A stretch of DNA of 64,000 bases from Octopus sinensis (Eukaryota), in the NCBI RefSeq assembly GCF_006345805.1, contig NC_042999.1, forward strand, positions 150,412,001-150,476,000. Reading direction: 5' to 3'. Position 1 is the first letter of the stretch. Every line of letters starts with the position of its first letter. The translations under genes and the position numbers were made by a program. Shown here piece after piece: positions 36,927-50,915 of this stretch. The notes beneath the pieces are model-generated. The model made no database searches and was not told the origin of the DNA. It saw only the letters and a program-made list of their open reading frames with translations.

Positions 36927-38659
36927 CCGCTTCGGTAAGAAGCATGTTGAATTTGGAAAGGTTTTGCTTTCTTACACTCTGACTTTTTGAATTTCTCCTT
37001 TTTTTCTCTCCTTGCTTTTTTCTGTGTCCCTTTCTGTAGAAGAGCGTAGGCTCGAAACGTAAAAGACTTTTTCTATTCCTGAGCGTTATACTAATACATC
37101 TGCTTGTTTTGTACACCACCTGTCTTCGTCTTTTGTTTTTTTCGTAAACTCTCCCTATATATATATATATATTCCTCCTAGAGTTAACCATATTTTCGTC
37201 TCCTCTCTGGCCCTATGGCATTATTGTGTTTGATTTATTTAATATTCTTCGTAAGTCCACATTCCGTGTTGTTTGTCTTCGTCTTTATCCCTTGTCCGTC
37301 CACTTTTCGTCTCGTCTTGAATATTATTTTATCTGTATATTGTATATTGCTATTTTATTTCATATTTAAATGTTCACTTTCTGTCGTGTTTGGTCCCTTC
37401 TTCATTGGTTCACACATACACACGTGCACACACCACCTGCTATATATGACACACACATACACATACACACACGTTAGTCTCACACATACACACACATCCA
37501 TACGCATATTCACACATACACAAACATCCATGCGCGCATACATACACACTCGTCCACACACACGTACTCACACACTCGCTTCCATTCACACATACACACA
37601 CGCGCTTTCGCACCTTAGTTCGCTGGCGTCGTCGTCGTCATCGTCATCATTATCATTATCAATATTATTATTATTATTATTATTTTTAATACAGGTACTT
37701 AATTTAACGACCCCGAAAGGATGAAAGGCAAAGTCGACCTCGGCGGAATTTGAACTCACAACGTAACGGCAGACGAAATACCTATTTCTTTACTACTCAC
37801 AAGGAGTTAAACACAGAGGCGACAAACAAGGACAGATAAACGGATTAAGTCAATTACAGTGCGTAACTGGTACTTATTTAATCGATGAAAGGTAAAGCCG
37901 ACCAAGATGGAATTTGAACTCAGAACGTAGCGGCAGACGAAGTACCGCTAGGCATTTCGCCCGGCGTGCTAACGTTTCTGCCAGCTCGCCACCTTATTAG
38001 TTTAACGCCGAGCGTTAAACTAATACACCTGCTTGTTGTTCCTACACCTGTCTTCGTCTTTTGTTTTCTTTAAATTTGAACTATATATGTGTGTGCGTGT
38101 GTGTGTGTGTACGCGCGCGTGTGTGTGTGTATGTATGTATGTATGTGTGTATGTATGTATGTATGTATGTATGTATGTATGTATGTATGTATGTATGTAT
38201 GTATGTATGTGAGTGTGTGTGCTTCTTTAATAAGAATAGTAGTGACAAAGGTAGGTGGAATTCTATTGAAAGAGGATTAGGTTGTAGAGTAGGTTACGAT
38301 GGAAAAGTATGACGGAAGATTTCTATTGATTAAATTTCTGCAAATCAAAGCCGCATACATAACAGAAACAATTGCAACTTCAGAACCTTTGTATTCTGTT
38401 CTCTAAAAGAAACTGTGTCACATGTAATATTGGTTCCAAATTTTGGCACAAGGCTTGCAAGTTCGGGAGAGGGAGTAAATCGATTACATCGATCCCACTA
38501 CTCAACTTTTACATATCTTATCGACTCCGTAAAAAAAATGAAAGACAAAATCCATCTCATCTGAATTTGAACTCCGAACGTAAAGATAGACGAAATGTCG
38601 CCAAGCATTTTTCCCGGTACGGTAACGATTCTGACAGCTCACCGCCTTTGTGTCACAAG

Positions 38660-39360
38660 TAATATTGCCTATAGAGCAGCTATATCCACGAACACTAAAC
38701 CAACTACATATATAGGGTATGTAACAATTCAGCTCAAGACACGATACAACCAACACACATATTTTTCGAAACCTAAACAGGAAAAAATATGGCTCACTAT
38801 CGAAACATATATAGACATTAAAACATAAAATACTTGGAAATAATTAGAAATTATTGTCTTACGTACAACCATATCAATAAAACAGCAAACCCTGCCAACT
38901 TTGTGCTAATGATTCCGACTAATTCTCATACATAGGAATCAAATTCTTAACCAAAACTCTGAATTTGTCTTTTTCTGCAAGCACAAAATCTTCAAAAACA
39001 CTAAAACATCTCACCTACTTTTCTAACCCACCTTTCAAAAAAAAAAAAAAAAAACTATCCCTATAATATACATAAGCACTAACATTAGTTTTATGGTACA
39101 AACTATCTAAAAATTACCCAGCTTCTAACCAAAATACCCACTCAATTCGGACATTTATACATATACAAAAATACATACATGCAAGAATGATAGAGGATTA
39201 ACCTAGTTTAGAATTTTTCTCTCCCGTATTTATTTTTATTCTCATTTCTATTCTTATACGTACTTATATGTACGCATTTTCATGAGGGCCCACTTCTGAG
39301 AATGTTCATAAGCCCAAAATAATATATTATAAAATATATTCATGGTTGAAACCAAATAGA
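38660..39360 (+). mobile_element. Penelope-like element fragment (GIY-YIG endonuclease C-terminal half and terminal region)
   Basis: YIGYVTIQLKTRYNQH, a later KPCQLC and CKHK, typical of PLE GIY-YIG domains. Confidence 0.6.
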
Positions 39361-39525
39361 AGAAATATATATAAAAACATAGCCCACAGATTTTATCTTT
39401 CTGTAACACAACGTTTACATTTTACATACAGTAATCAAATAACATTTAAAACAATTAACTCCTAAACAGAAATCCGCTTACCAACTAACCTGTCTTTTGA
39501 ATACGGTTGTCGCTCTGACAGATAT

Positions 39526-40883
39526 TGTTATATTACGAAGTCGTCGATAGAATGTTTCTGTCTGGTATTGTACGACTTCCGGTCGTACAATGTTATTAAC
39601 ATCAATGGTTGGATCGTTATAACGTCCACTAAATATCACAGTATAGTTACTACATCATCACAGACACGACTATCTACACAGTCTACATGTACTCTCTACC
39701 TTCTGGCCTTCTCCTGTCGACCGGCTACTGGTATATTTAGAATGATTGGTTACTACCACTTTGTAACGATACGACCGCATGTAAGGAGGTTGGTGAGGTC
39801 TCCTTTTGTACGCCGCACGGTCGCATCCTATCATAAGAATGTAAGATAAGCCATAATACATGGAGATATAATACAGTGCCAGCAGAATATAAATGAAGGA
39901 CGACCAACAAACCGTTCCAATGTTTGAGAGAAGAAGACTTTATTTACAAGGTGTTAAAGTGAAAGTGTTGAGTGCTTGCAAGATGGAGCGTTTGCATGCA
40001 TGCGACAAGTGATTGTGTCTGTGTGTTCGTATGTGCGACAGAAGGTACAAATAATAGTGTATGCACATAAAACAGAAATACAGAGCATAAGATGAATGTC
40101 TTAGCATAGAGTGTTAAGATGGAATTTGTTTACCAGTTCGTAAGGTATACGATAGCAAGAGTTCTATAACAAGAATGTTGTGTCTCGAGGCGGAGGCCGG
40201 TTGGGCGAATATGCAGCGGTTGGAGCCTCAACGCCGAGCTGAGTCTCTTAATATAGATATTCTTTTGATGGACTGACTGTTATACTTGGTGAAAGGTTCA
40301 CTCTAACAGCGTGGGTTAAACATGGTCGGTGTTGTTGATGTGTACATGCTGTTGACGGTGGAATGGCGACGAATGGTGGAGACGACGTAAAATTGGAGTA
40401 CAATGATGGTGATGACGGCAGGGGAGATAGATAACCTTCTGTCTGTCGCTGGTATATAATAGCGTCTTCATAGCTGGAACAATAGCAGGGCTGGCTGACT
40501 GGTCGTCTGTCGCTGGAACTGGAACATAACTGAGTAGCTCTGTGGTCAGTGACTAGACCTTAAAAGGTCTGGAGACGAAAGACGAAGTATAGTGAAAATG
40601 TTGGCCTATTTATAGCTCGTGGTTGGCTTAAAAAAGGGCATCAAGAAGCAGGCCTTATCCAAAGGCCGTGATTGGATAGCTTTACACAGTGGCGCGAAAT
40701 AAGTAGAGAGACAAACCGCGCCACATGCCAACCAATCAGATCAGTGGACACAACAGGGACAACCCAGCCAAAGATGGCTGTAATCTCAAACGAGATCATT
40801 CCTGTTGTGTTTCTCAAACAGTGAGGATATCAGATACGCTACAACTTTTTACCGGGAGGGGTGTACAGTTTCACTATACAACA
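39526..40883 (-). mobile_element. Gypsy-type 3' LTR (~1.36 kb)
   Basis: On the minus strand it starts TGTTGTATAG right after the polypurine tract GAAAGGGGAGA (40884-40894) and ends TAATATAACA. It contains CCAAT boxes, CTATAAATA (~40610) and AATAAA (~39940). Confidence 0.7.
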
Positions 40884-41007
40884 TCTCCCCTTTCAACTAT
40901 TTCATTAACAATCAATTTCTTTTATTCACCCTATCTCTTCCCTTATATATATATATATATATAGAAACCAGCTTAAGGAAAGAGTCATAGAAAAGGAACC
41001 AACAAGA

Positions 41008-41082
<75 letters not shown>

Positions 41083-41116
41083 TCTTGTATATATATATAC
41101 TCTTGTACCAACAAGA

Positions 41117-41170
<54 letters not shown>

Positions 41171-42040
41171 TCTTGTTGGTTCCTTTTCTATGACTCTTTC
41201 CTTAAGCTGGTTTCTATGTCCTCTTTCTTCCCATTTCTGCTTCTTCATCATTCTTCCTATGTATGTCACAATTTCTCCTTCTTCCCAGTGTTGCTTGCCA
41301 TTTTTGTACATTCTTATACATACCTTATCACCTATTCTAAAAAAACTTTACATGTCTTTACCAGCACGTGTGTTTTTTTTTCTTCACAGGTAACAGTTTA
41401 TCGAATACTGACTTCATCTTTCAGGCGAACATTAATTCTGCTGGTGAACTCCCTTCTGGCACATTTGGGTTCTGGGTTACCCTGTATACCCTTAAGAATT
41501 GTTGGATCGTGACCTTGTCCATGGCTTCTTTATTAGCTATCTTTAATGCTCGTTCAGCCCTTCCATTCGATCTAGGGTGATACGGTGCTATACTTTTATG
41601 TTCTAACGTGAAAATCTTTTAAACTCACAGGATACAAACTGTTCTCCGTTATCAGAGACAATTATATCCAGTACACCATACCTTGTGAACAGCTCGTGTG
41701 AGAAGTTTATTACCGTATATGAGGTTGGTCATTTACACCTCGCGACCTCAGGCCATTTTGTGTAGCTGTCCACTTCGATTAAGTAATAACATCAATTTAC
41801 CGGCCTACGAAATCGATATGCAGTCGGGACCATGGTATTTTCACTTCCGGCCAAGGTTTACATTTTGTAGTAGGCAGTTTCGCTGCCAGCGCACATCCTT
41901 CAAATTCCCGAAAATAAAAGGTTAAATTCTCCAATAAAATCAATTATTTTCGTTTCGCCGGCTTTGAGATATGCTGCGTTTGTTTTTAACACGATACGTT
42001 TCTAAAGGGGTCTCCCTTAGACGAAATACTACAGCTTTGG
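40884..42040 (-). mobile_element. Gypsy-type integrase relic and PPT
   Basis: Frameshifted PWSRLHIDF, KWPEV and ELFTRYGVLDIIVSDNGEQF (rve core). Confidence 0.8.
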
Positions 42041-42654
42041 TATTGTGTGATAATCCTTTCTATTATAGGCACAAGGCCTGAAATTTTTTTTTTGTGGGGG
42101 GGGGGGGGAACTAGCCGATTACATCGACCCCAGTACGCAACTGGTACTTAATTTATCGACCCCGAAAGGATGAAAGGCAAAGTCGACCTCAGAGGAATTA
42201 GAACTCAGAACGTAACGACAGGCAAAATATCGCTAAGCATTTCATCCAGTGTGCTAACGATTCTGCTAGCAAACCGCCCTCAGGTATTGTTTAATAATGA
42301 TGATTCACTCGCAGACTTATCTTTGAGTTCTTTATTCTAGGTCGCCGGACATAGCTTCTTTTGTAACTTGTTACCCTCTGAAGTGTATACACACACACAC
42401 ACGCGCGTACACACACGCGTACACACACGCGCACACACACTGACACACACACGCGCGCGCGCACACACATATCTACTACATATGTGGGAAATTCTGTCTG
42501 TGGGTGTATTTGTGGAGTTGTTGCTAGCTAACTCCTCCTACATCGTTTTATCCATTTTGATGAAACTTGACACGTGAGTAGAAGTCATGTCTGGAAACCT
42601 CATGGCATACTCAGATTGTTGAAAAACATTGATTATAGGGCTCCTGGAAGTGAT

Positions 42655-42712
<58 letters not shown>

Positions 42713-42941
42713 ATATTAGGAATAAATCCAAATTACAGGGAAAAATCAGATTTAGGATTGAATCCAATTTTATAGTAAAATATTATTATATTATATTAAA
42801 TTAGAGACAAAACCACTATTATGCAAATCAAACAAAGAAAGACTTAAGCCAATACATAAAATAATTTATATAAATTTTGAAATTTAACAATTATAAATAA
42901 CCACATATATATATATTTAATATATTATTTTTAAAATTATA

Positions 42942-43018
<77 letters not shown>

Positions 43019-43022
43019 TATA

Positions 43023-43058
<36 letters not shown>

Positions 43059-44161
43059 TATATATATATATCTAATATATTTTATTTTAAAAACCAAAGG
43101 AAATAAGCCATTCGCCCCTGGAAGGGATCCTCATATATAGCCAAGGCAAATAGCCCATTCATTTTCCTAAATTATTTGGTAAAAATGAAATTGAGTATGC
43201 TTATTTCTTAGTATTTGAACTGTAAGAGTTATTTTCGTAATTTATCCAGTACAACCTCGAAACAAGTAAATAGTATTTTCCCAAACAATAGATCCACTTA
43301 TTTCGGTTAGTAATTTATTCACGAATATACCGACACTAGCGCCCCTGAGGGTAATATTCTCTGGGAACTCACAAAAGCCCTTTTCAGAGTTATTTACTTT
43401 GAATTGTTATTATCTCATATCTGATTTGCCTGTTATTACGTAACATGCTTCAAGATTTTAGTACACATACCTTATTAGTATTTCCTCCTATGTTCTATAT
43501 ACTCTGGGAACGCATTAAAGCCCTTTTCGGGGCTACTTTATCTGAATTCTTACTATCGGGTAACTAATTTCATGTTATTACATAACTGACGTCACAATTT
43601 GGGTATTCATAACTTATTGGGAATTCTGAAAAACAAGATCCTGCGTTAGACAGTTCGGTATTCTCTGTAAATGCACAAAAACCGTTTTAAGGGCTACATA
43701 CTTTGTATTGTTGTTATAAGATTAGTGAAACAATTATGAGAACGGAACCAAGGGATAAGCCCCGCTTTCACGGGAATTACCGGGTACGTCAGCTAGTAAT
43801 TTTAATATTTCTATTATTGAAAACAAGTGGATGTATTCCACTGTAACTAGGTAAATAAAATCTTCGAACAGACGGTCAGTAGCGACACCTGCTGGTTCTG
43901 ATTACGCTGCATTGATAAAGGACAACAACCCTGAAACACGTCTGCAGATGTCTGACTAGCAAGGTGAAGCGGCTGACCTCCCCTGTTCGAAGATTGTAAT
44001 GGACGCAGGTTCGTGTGTCATATAGCTAGCTAGAGGCGGTGGCCTCTTGGAGTTAATCAGCGACAGCTTTTAGTCTTATATTTATAGACTGCCATATTAG
44101 TATGGCGATAGCTATTAATATATATATATAATATATATATATATGTATATATATATATATG

Positions 44162-44268
<107 letters not shown>

Positions 44269-44641
44269 AGAGAGAAGAACATGGGCGTAACTTGGTACTC
44301 CTTTATTCCAATTGTTACATATACTTCAACGTATGTATTCATATTGATAGATAGATAGACAGATAGACCCGATATGTAATTGGAAAGCTCTAGCAAAAGC
44401 AATAATATACATAAATATATGTGTATATACATATACACGTCTTTATACACGTAGGCATGTTTATACATGCACATATATACAGGAAACATTGAGGTTGTCA
44501 AGTGAAAAACCCATTCAACCGTGAAACACTGTTTCTCAGTTGATAATGGTTTCCATAGTGCTGTCAGGGATATTTGTAAGTAGAGGTCAGTGTGATTAGC
44601 AGTTATATATTGTTGTGGTAGCGGTGGTGGTGGTGGTAGTA

Positions 44642-44686
<45 letters not shown>

Positions 44687-45368
44687 AATATTCTTTTCTA
44701 CTCTAGGCACAAGGCTCAAAATTTTTAGGGAGGGGGCTAGTCGATTAGACCGATCTCAGTACGCAACTGGTACTTAATTTAATGAACCCGAAAGGATGAG
44801 AGGCAAAGTCGATCTCGGCAGAATTTGAACTCAGAACTTAGGGAAATATTGAATTAAGATAGTATTGTCTAGCTTCAATAATGTCTTTTATTTTTTATCT
44901 TTTACTTGTTTCAGTCATTGGACTGCGGCCATACTGGAGCACCGCCTTGAAGGGCTGAGTCAAACAATTCTACCGCAGTACTATTTTTTGTAAGGTGTGG
45001 GACGTAAACAAAGCAACACCGGTTGTTAAGCAGTGTGTGTGTGGCGTAGGGAGGAGGGAGAGAGACAAACACACACGCATATACACATATGCAAGCACAT
45101 ATACACGATGGGCTTCCACATAGTTTCCCTCTACCAAATTCAGTTACAAGGCATTGGCTAGCCCGCGGCTATCGTAGAAGACACTTGTCCGAGGTACTGC
45201 GTAGTTAGATTGAACCCAAAGCTGTGTAGTCTGGAAGCAAACACCTTCATCATACAACCATGCCCGCGTGTATTGAATATGTACTTTTAATTCTACTCAC
45301 AAGTATTCAAAAATATGTCTCCTGTCCTTTTAATTAATAATATAATCGATCTAATGTTTAGCGCCACC

Positions 45369-45402
<34 letters not shown>

Positions 45403-45930
45403 CCATTATCATCAGTATCATCATCGTCAACATCATCATCGTCATCATCGTCGTCATCATCAACATCATCATCAGTATCATCATCGTCGTTGTGGTTGTC
45501 GTCGTCATCATCATCATCATCATCATTATCATCATCATCGTTATCATCATCATCGTTATCATCATCATCATCGTCATCATCATCGTCATCATCATCATCA
45601 TCATCGTCGTCATCGTCGTCGTCGTCATCATCATCATCAGTATCGTCATCGTCGTCGTCGTCATCATCATCGTCGTCGTCATCATTTAACGTCTAGTTTT
45701 CCATTAAAGCATACGTCGGACGGAATTTGTTGAGGCGTGTTCTCTACAGATGGATGCCCTTTCCGTCACTAACCCTCAGCTGTTTCCAAGTATGGTAATA
45801 TTTTCCCATGGCCAGGCATGTTTCAGAAGAGTGGAAACGAATGACATTATTTGCATGACTGTAACGCTCACTATTACACAAGGAGATAGTAAGACAGTAA
45901 GCTTGCAAAAAGTATAAGTCTGAGGTAGTA

Positions 45931-45965
<35 letters not shown>

Positions 45966-46075
45966 TTTATATCAGTGAAGGCAAGAACAGCGGTCACAAT
46001 GGGATGGTAAGGTTAATAAAGCTGTCATATACACGCGACGCCGCATACATACTTTCGTAAATACATAGATACAAC

Positions 46076-46114
<39 letters not shown>

Positions 46115-46117
46115 CAA

Positions 46118-47385
46118 ACTTCTCGCGGGGTCTAATATGCAACGGTGTGGTTACTGTTTGACTCTCCTGAAGAAGCTTGCGAATTCGCAAGCCAGCCCCT
46201 GGAAGGCAGGGAAATTTATTTCCTTCCCACTTCTTGTAGAAAGAAGTTGACGAGGGCTTGGGTCTGTGGTTTGCCACTCGGAATTGAGCCCGAGTGGATA
46301 GAAGATACTAACCGCCGGGGTCTGGGTGGCAGCAGTACCAAGCTGCTCAATGTGAATATTCTGCATGCGGCTGATTGGGAGGAGTCAAAAGCTGTTTTGA
46401 CCCTATGGACCCAATCAGCCGAAAATTTAGTCTTTCCAGATTTTTTAAGAATAACCGAATCTAAATATCCGGTGATGCTTGAGGAACGCCTTCCTCCAAG
46501 TGTCACCTGTGCCTAGAACCGGGCCATATTAAAAAGAACTACCCTCAGGACCAAAACAAGGTCCTGGAACAGTTGATAAATATACCACTCCCTGCTCCCT
46601 CCTTCGAGGTGGAAACCTCCTCAAAACCTCCTCGAAAAAAGCAAAAAACGAAAGGTAGGCAACAATGGTTGCCCACCGAAGTATCCGAAGGCTGCGGGAG
46701 GGAGGAGGGATCTGCTGGAGAAAGCGGAAGAACTCCACCCTCCCGTGGTTCAGAGGAAAAAGAAGAAGAAAAAAAATAAAAACTGGACATTGTCGGCGGT
46801 TTATGACACACTGCCGGCGTATCCCGAAGCACCTTCGGTGGAAGTTGTGCGACAGCAGCTGGAAACTGTATATCCCACCCATGAGGAATTTGTGGTCCTC
46901 TTCCATAAGGGAGGGACATTAGAAAACTTTGTCAAGAAGCTTAAAAGGAAAGGCCGGTGGGAGGGGATTCTGTCCGGCACGGAGGACCCTGAGTGGCCTT
47001 CGCAGGTGGCTGCGGAGGTCATATGGGAAACCGATCTGTGCAGGATACTGAATTCATTCCCAGAGGACTCTTTTAGATTCATGGCAAAGTGGTCCGGCTT
47101 GACACCGTCTAGGTGCTTCAAAGAAGCGAGGAGCCTGGTCAGACAGGAAAGCATGTAACTGATAATAAAAAAGGCTTGGTGCCTCACTTTTATTGTATTT
47201 TATTGAATTGTGTAAGAGGTTTATTGCCTCATAAATGGTTTTTGTATTGTAAAAATGTAAGCGGTTTATTGCCTCATAAATGTGCTTTTGTATTGCAAAA
47301 ATATAAGGGGTTTATTGCTTCATAAATGTGTTTTTTGAACTGTGTAAGGGGCTTATTGCCTCGAGTATGAAACTTAAAAAGAACA
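46118..47385 (+). mobile_element. ORF1-only Tx1/L1-type element with 3' tandem repeats (HAL1-like)
   Basis: ORF1-like segments at 46145-46516 and 46745-47158. A frameshifted knuckle reads CHLCLEPGHIKKNYP. The stop at 47158 is followed by four ~45-bp repeats and no EN/RT. Confidence 0.65.
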
Positions 47386-47464
47386 ATGTTTTCGGGTAGA
47401 CAGCAATCGGCGGGTGTTTCTTGTTGCCCTAATTTTTCACCAATTCATTTGTCATTCATATCAT

Positions 47465-47535
<71 letters not shown>

Positions 47536-47538
<3 letters not shown>

Positions 47539-48312
47539 CAATAAGAAAATGGAGGGGATCAATAGGTGGTTCATCAACTTTTTGACATTATTTTTCCCAA
47601 TTTATATTCCTGTATGTTATATTTTAGTAGTATTTTAATAATATAACATAAAGAAGCAAAAATGGCCAGCATTGAAGCCTATGTCATCAAAGGCCAACTA
47701 AGATGGAGCGGCCACGTGGTTAGAATGACTGACGAACGACTTCCCAAACAGATCTTCTACTCCCAACTCAAAGACGGCAAGCGTACAAAAGGAGGCCAGA
47801 AGAAACGCTACAAGGACTCCCTGAAAACGAACCTCAAAAAGAGTGACATCGACTTCACTTACTGGGAGGAAACGGCAAAAAACAGACCACTCTGGAAAAC
47901 CACCATCCATGAGGGAACGGCGACTTTCGAGTCGAAAAGGTCTGCAGAGCTGGAGGAGAAAAGACGACGATGGAAGGAGCGCCAACAACAACCACGTGCG
48001 ACTCTCCCTTCCGGCACTAGATGTCCGCACTGCGACCGATCTTTTCAAGCAAGAATTGGTCTTATCGGTCACCAACGGACTCACCAGTAAATTTGCGCGA
48101 AGACCATCATCCTCGACCTTGAGGGATTGCCATAATTTTAATAATTACTGGTATCTTTATATATTAATATATTTTATATGTAAAGCATAATATGTTATAC
48201 ATGTATGTATATTCTTGTAATTGTCATTTTAGTAAATAAATAAGTTGACATAATATAATGTCTAAAAGTTGATGAACTACCTATTGTTCCACTCCATTTT
48301 CTTATGGCTCTA
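47536..48312. mobile_element. MITE with ~57-bp TIRs containing a nested RTE fragment
   Basis: GAGCAATAAGAAAATGGAGGGGATCAATAGGTGGTTCATCAACTTTTTGACATTAT is mirrored at ~48256-48312. Confidence 0.75.
47643..48134 (+). mobile_element. RTE/BovB-like LINE 3' fragment with C2H2 finger
   Basis: ORF 47662-48090 contains QLRWSGHVVRMTDERLPKQIFY and CPHCDRSFQARIGLIGHQRTH. Candidate TSD ATTTTAATAAT at 47632-47642 and 48135-48145. Confidence 0.9.
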
Positions 48313-48490
48313 TAAATAAATGGTAACATATCTCTTTACCTTCAACTATGTAGTACACTCGGTAATGTAATTGCAATGCAATAAAAAACAGTTGTGTATT
48401 AATAATTGGGTATTCTACCAGCAGTATATTGGATAGATATTATCCCTTAGTTGTTTGGATTCATAACCTCTAACTTTCTTGGAATTAATA

Positions 48491-48768
48491 CCCTTCCTTC
48501 TCGAGCCACGCTTGGCTCATAAGGGCGTATAGTTTCCCACCTGGACGGAACGCCGGTCCGTCGCAGGTGAGCCGCAAGATGCAGGAGGAAAGTGTGAGAG
48601 AAAGTTGTGGCGAAAGAGTCAGCAGAAATTCGCCATCACCTTCTGCCGGAGCCGCGTGGAGCTTAGGTGTTTCGCTCATAAACACATACATCACCCGGTC
48701 TGAAATTCGAACCCGCGATCCCTCGACTGCAAGTTCGATGCTCTAGCCACTAGGCCATGTGCTTCCAT
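48491..48768 (-). mobile_element. tRNA-derived SINE with 12-bp TSD
   Basis: Head TGGCCTAGTGGCTAG (A box) and GGGTTCGAATTTC (B box). TSD TTGGAATTAATA at 48479-48490 and 48769-48780. Confidence 0.9.
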
Positions 48769-48778
48769 TTGGAATTAA

Positions 48779-48880
<102 letters not shown>

Positions 48881-48906
48881 CGTGTGTGTGTGTGTGTGCA
48901 TATATA

Positions 48907-48958
<52 letters not shown>

Positions 48959-49327
48959 CATATATATATATATATATATATGTCCAGCGAACACCAACCA
49001 AAAGTCATCACAGTTACTCAAGGTAAAATCTAAAATGAATTCCTCACTCTTTCAGGAACATCAATTTTTTATATTGACTGCATATCACCACTTTGAACTA
49101 TTTTTTATATTGAATGCATATCACCACTATGAACCACTGCATCATACTCTGTAAACATATAGCATGAACGAACTCACTTCACTATATATGAACTTTTGAT
49201 GTCTGACTCTATTGTATATTATAAATGAATTTTTTATATTTGATAGCATGAACTATCTTTTTTTATATATAACTTTTTTTGATAAGGTTCATCATTTCAA
49301 GAACCGAAACATGTTATAATGTATATA

Positions 49328-49610
49328 TAAACTTAGATATGTTTCGACCAGAGATTGGTCCAGGCCATGTCTAACTTAATAGCACCACCTGATAGGATTA
49401 TTCGAATCCTGTTTAAGTCAAGTTTTGTTCAAGTAGTGAGTTCTTGTTGGGTGAGTTGTATCCAATTATGGGTGGCTTATCTGGTATTCTTTGAAGGAAT
49501 CTATCCAGACTCTGTTTGAAGTTGATGGGATCCTTTTCCTCTTTGATATAAAAATTAAAAATTTGTCTAATATAGCAGCATTTTCGAACTTCATTTTTTA
49601 CAAATATATA
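49328..49610 (-). mobile_element. CR1 3' end, same family as 61351-62462
   Basis: Shared AAACTTAGATATGTTTCGACCA.AGATTGG.CCAGGCCATGTCTAACTTAATAGCACCACC and GGGTGGCTTATCTGGTATTC (PDKPP). Confidence 0.85.
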
Positions 49611-49633
49611 CCCACTCGTATACGAGCTAATCT

Positions 49634-49718
<85 letters not shown>

Positions 49719-50344
49719 GGAGTAAATACATAAATGTGAAACAAGGTGGAAAAAATAGTACTCAAATACCAGGGGTAGAGTAATATGCTTTATTTAAAAG
49801 CAGCAGAAATTCAACAAAACCTGTTACTCGGTGTTTCACGTTCCCGTTCGTCGTCCATATATATATGGACAGAGGGGAGGGAGAGAGAGAGAGAGATGCC
49901 TACGCGAGACCATGTGGTTAGGAAGCAAACGGCTTACCAGACAGCCACGCCCTCCCTTAATCTTTTATAAAATGCATTTACTCACCACCTGCGTGTGACT
50001 TGGAACATCAATTCATTTGACATCGTGCTTATCATTGATTTTATTTGCATTAGTTCAGCTTGTAGGTGGTTCATATCAGATAAGAAATTATAAAATCTTT
50101 TTCATGAGTAATCACTGAATTGGCTTATTAATAAGTCAATTAATCGATACACTCATTGTGTCTCGGTGGATGTTTTTTTCGTTATGTTTCATCCATGCTT
50201 TACTTTCTCTTGTAGCCTTTCTTTTCACATATATATACATATACATGTACATATATATATATATATATATATATCGTTGATTTTTCATATTTTACCCATA
50301 CATTTCCACGTGTATTTTATATTTTCTTTTTATAACATATTTCT

Positions 50345-50900
<556 letters not shown>

Positions 50901-50915
50901 GATACATCATACATA

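Noticed and set aside
37030-37070. Hammerhead-like GAAGAGCGTAGGCTCGAAACGTA
   Set aside because: The core cannot be parsed as CUGANGA plus a stem II at the same time, so it is too degenerate to call.
48700-48768. tRNA gene
   Set aside because: The tRNA-like head is continuous with a SINE body and enclosed by a 12-bp TSD, and there is no complete cloverleaf.
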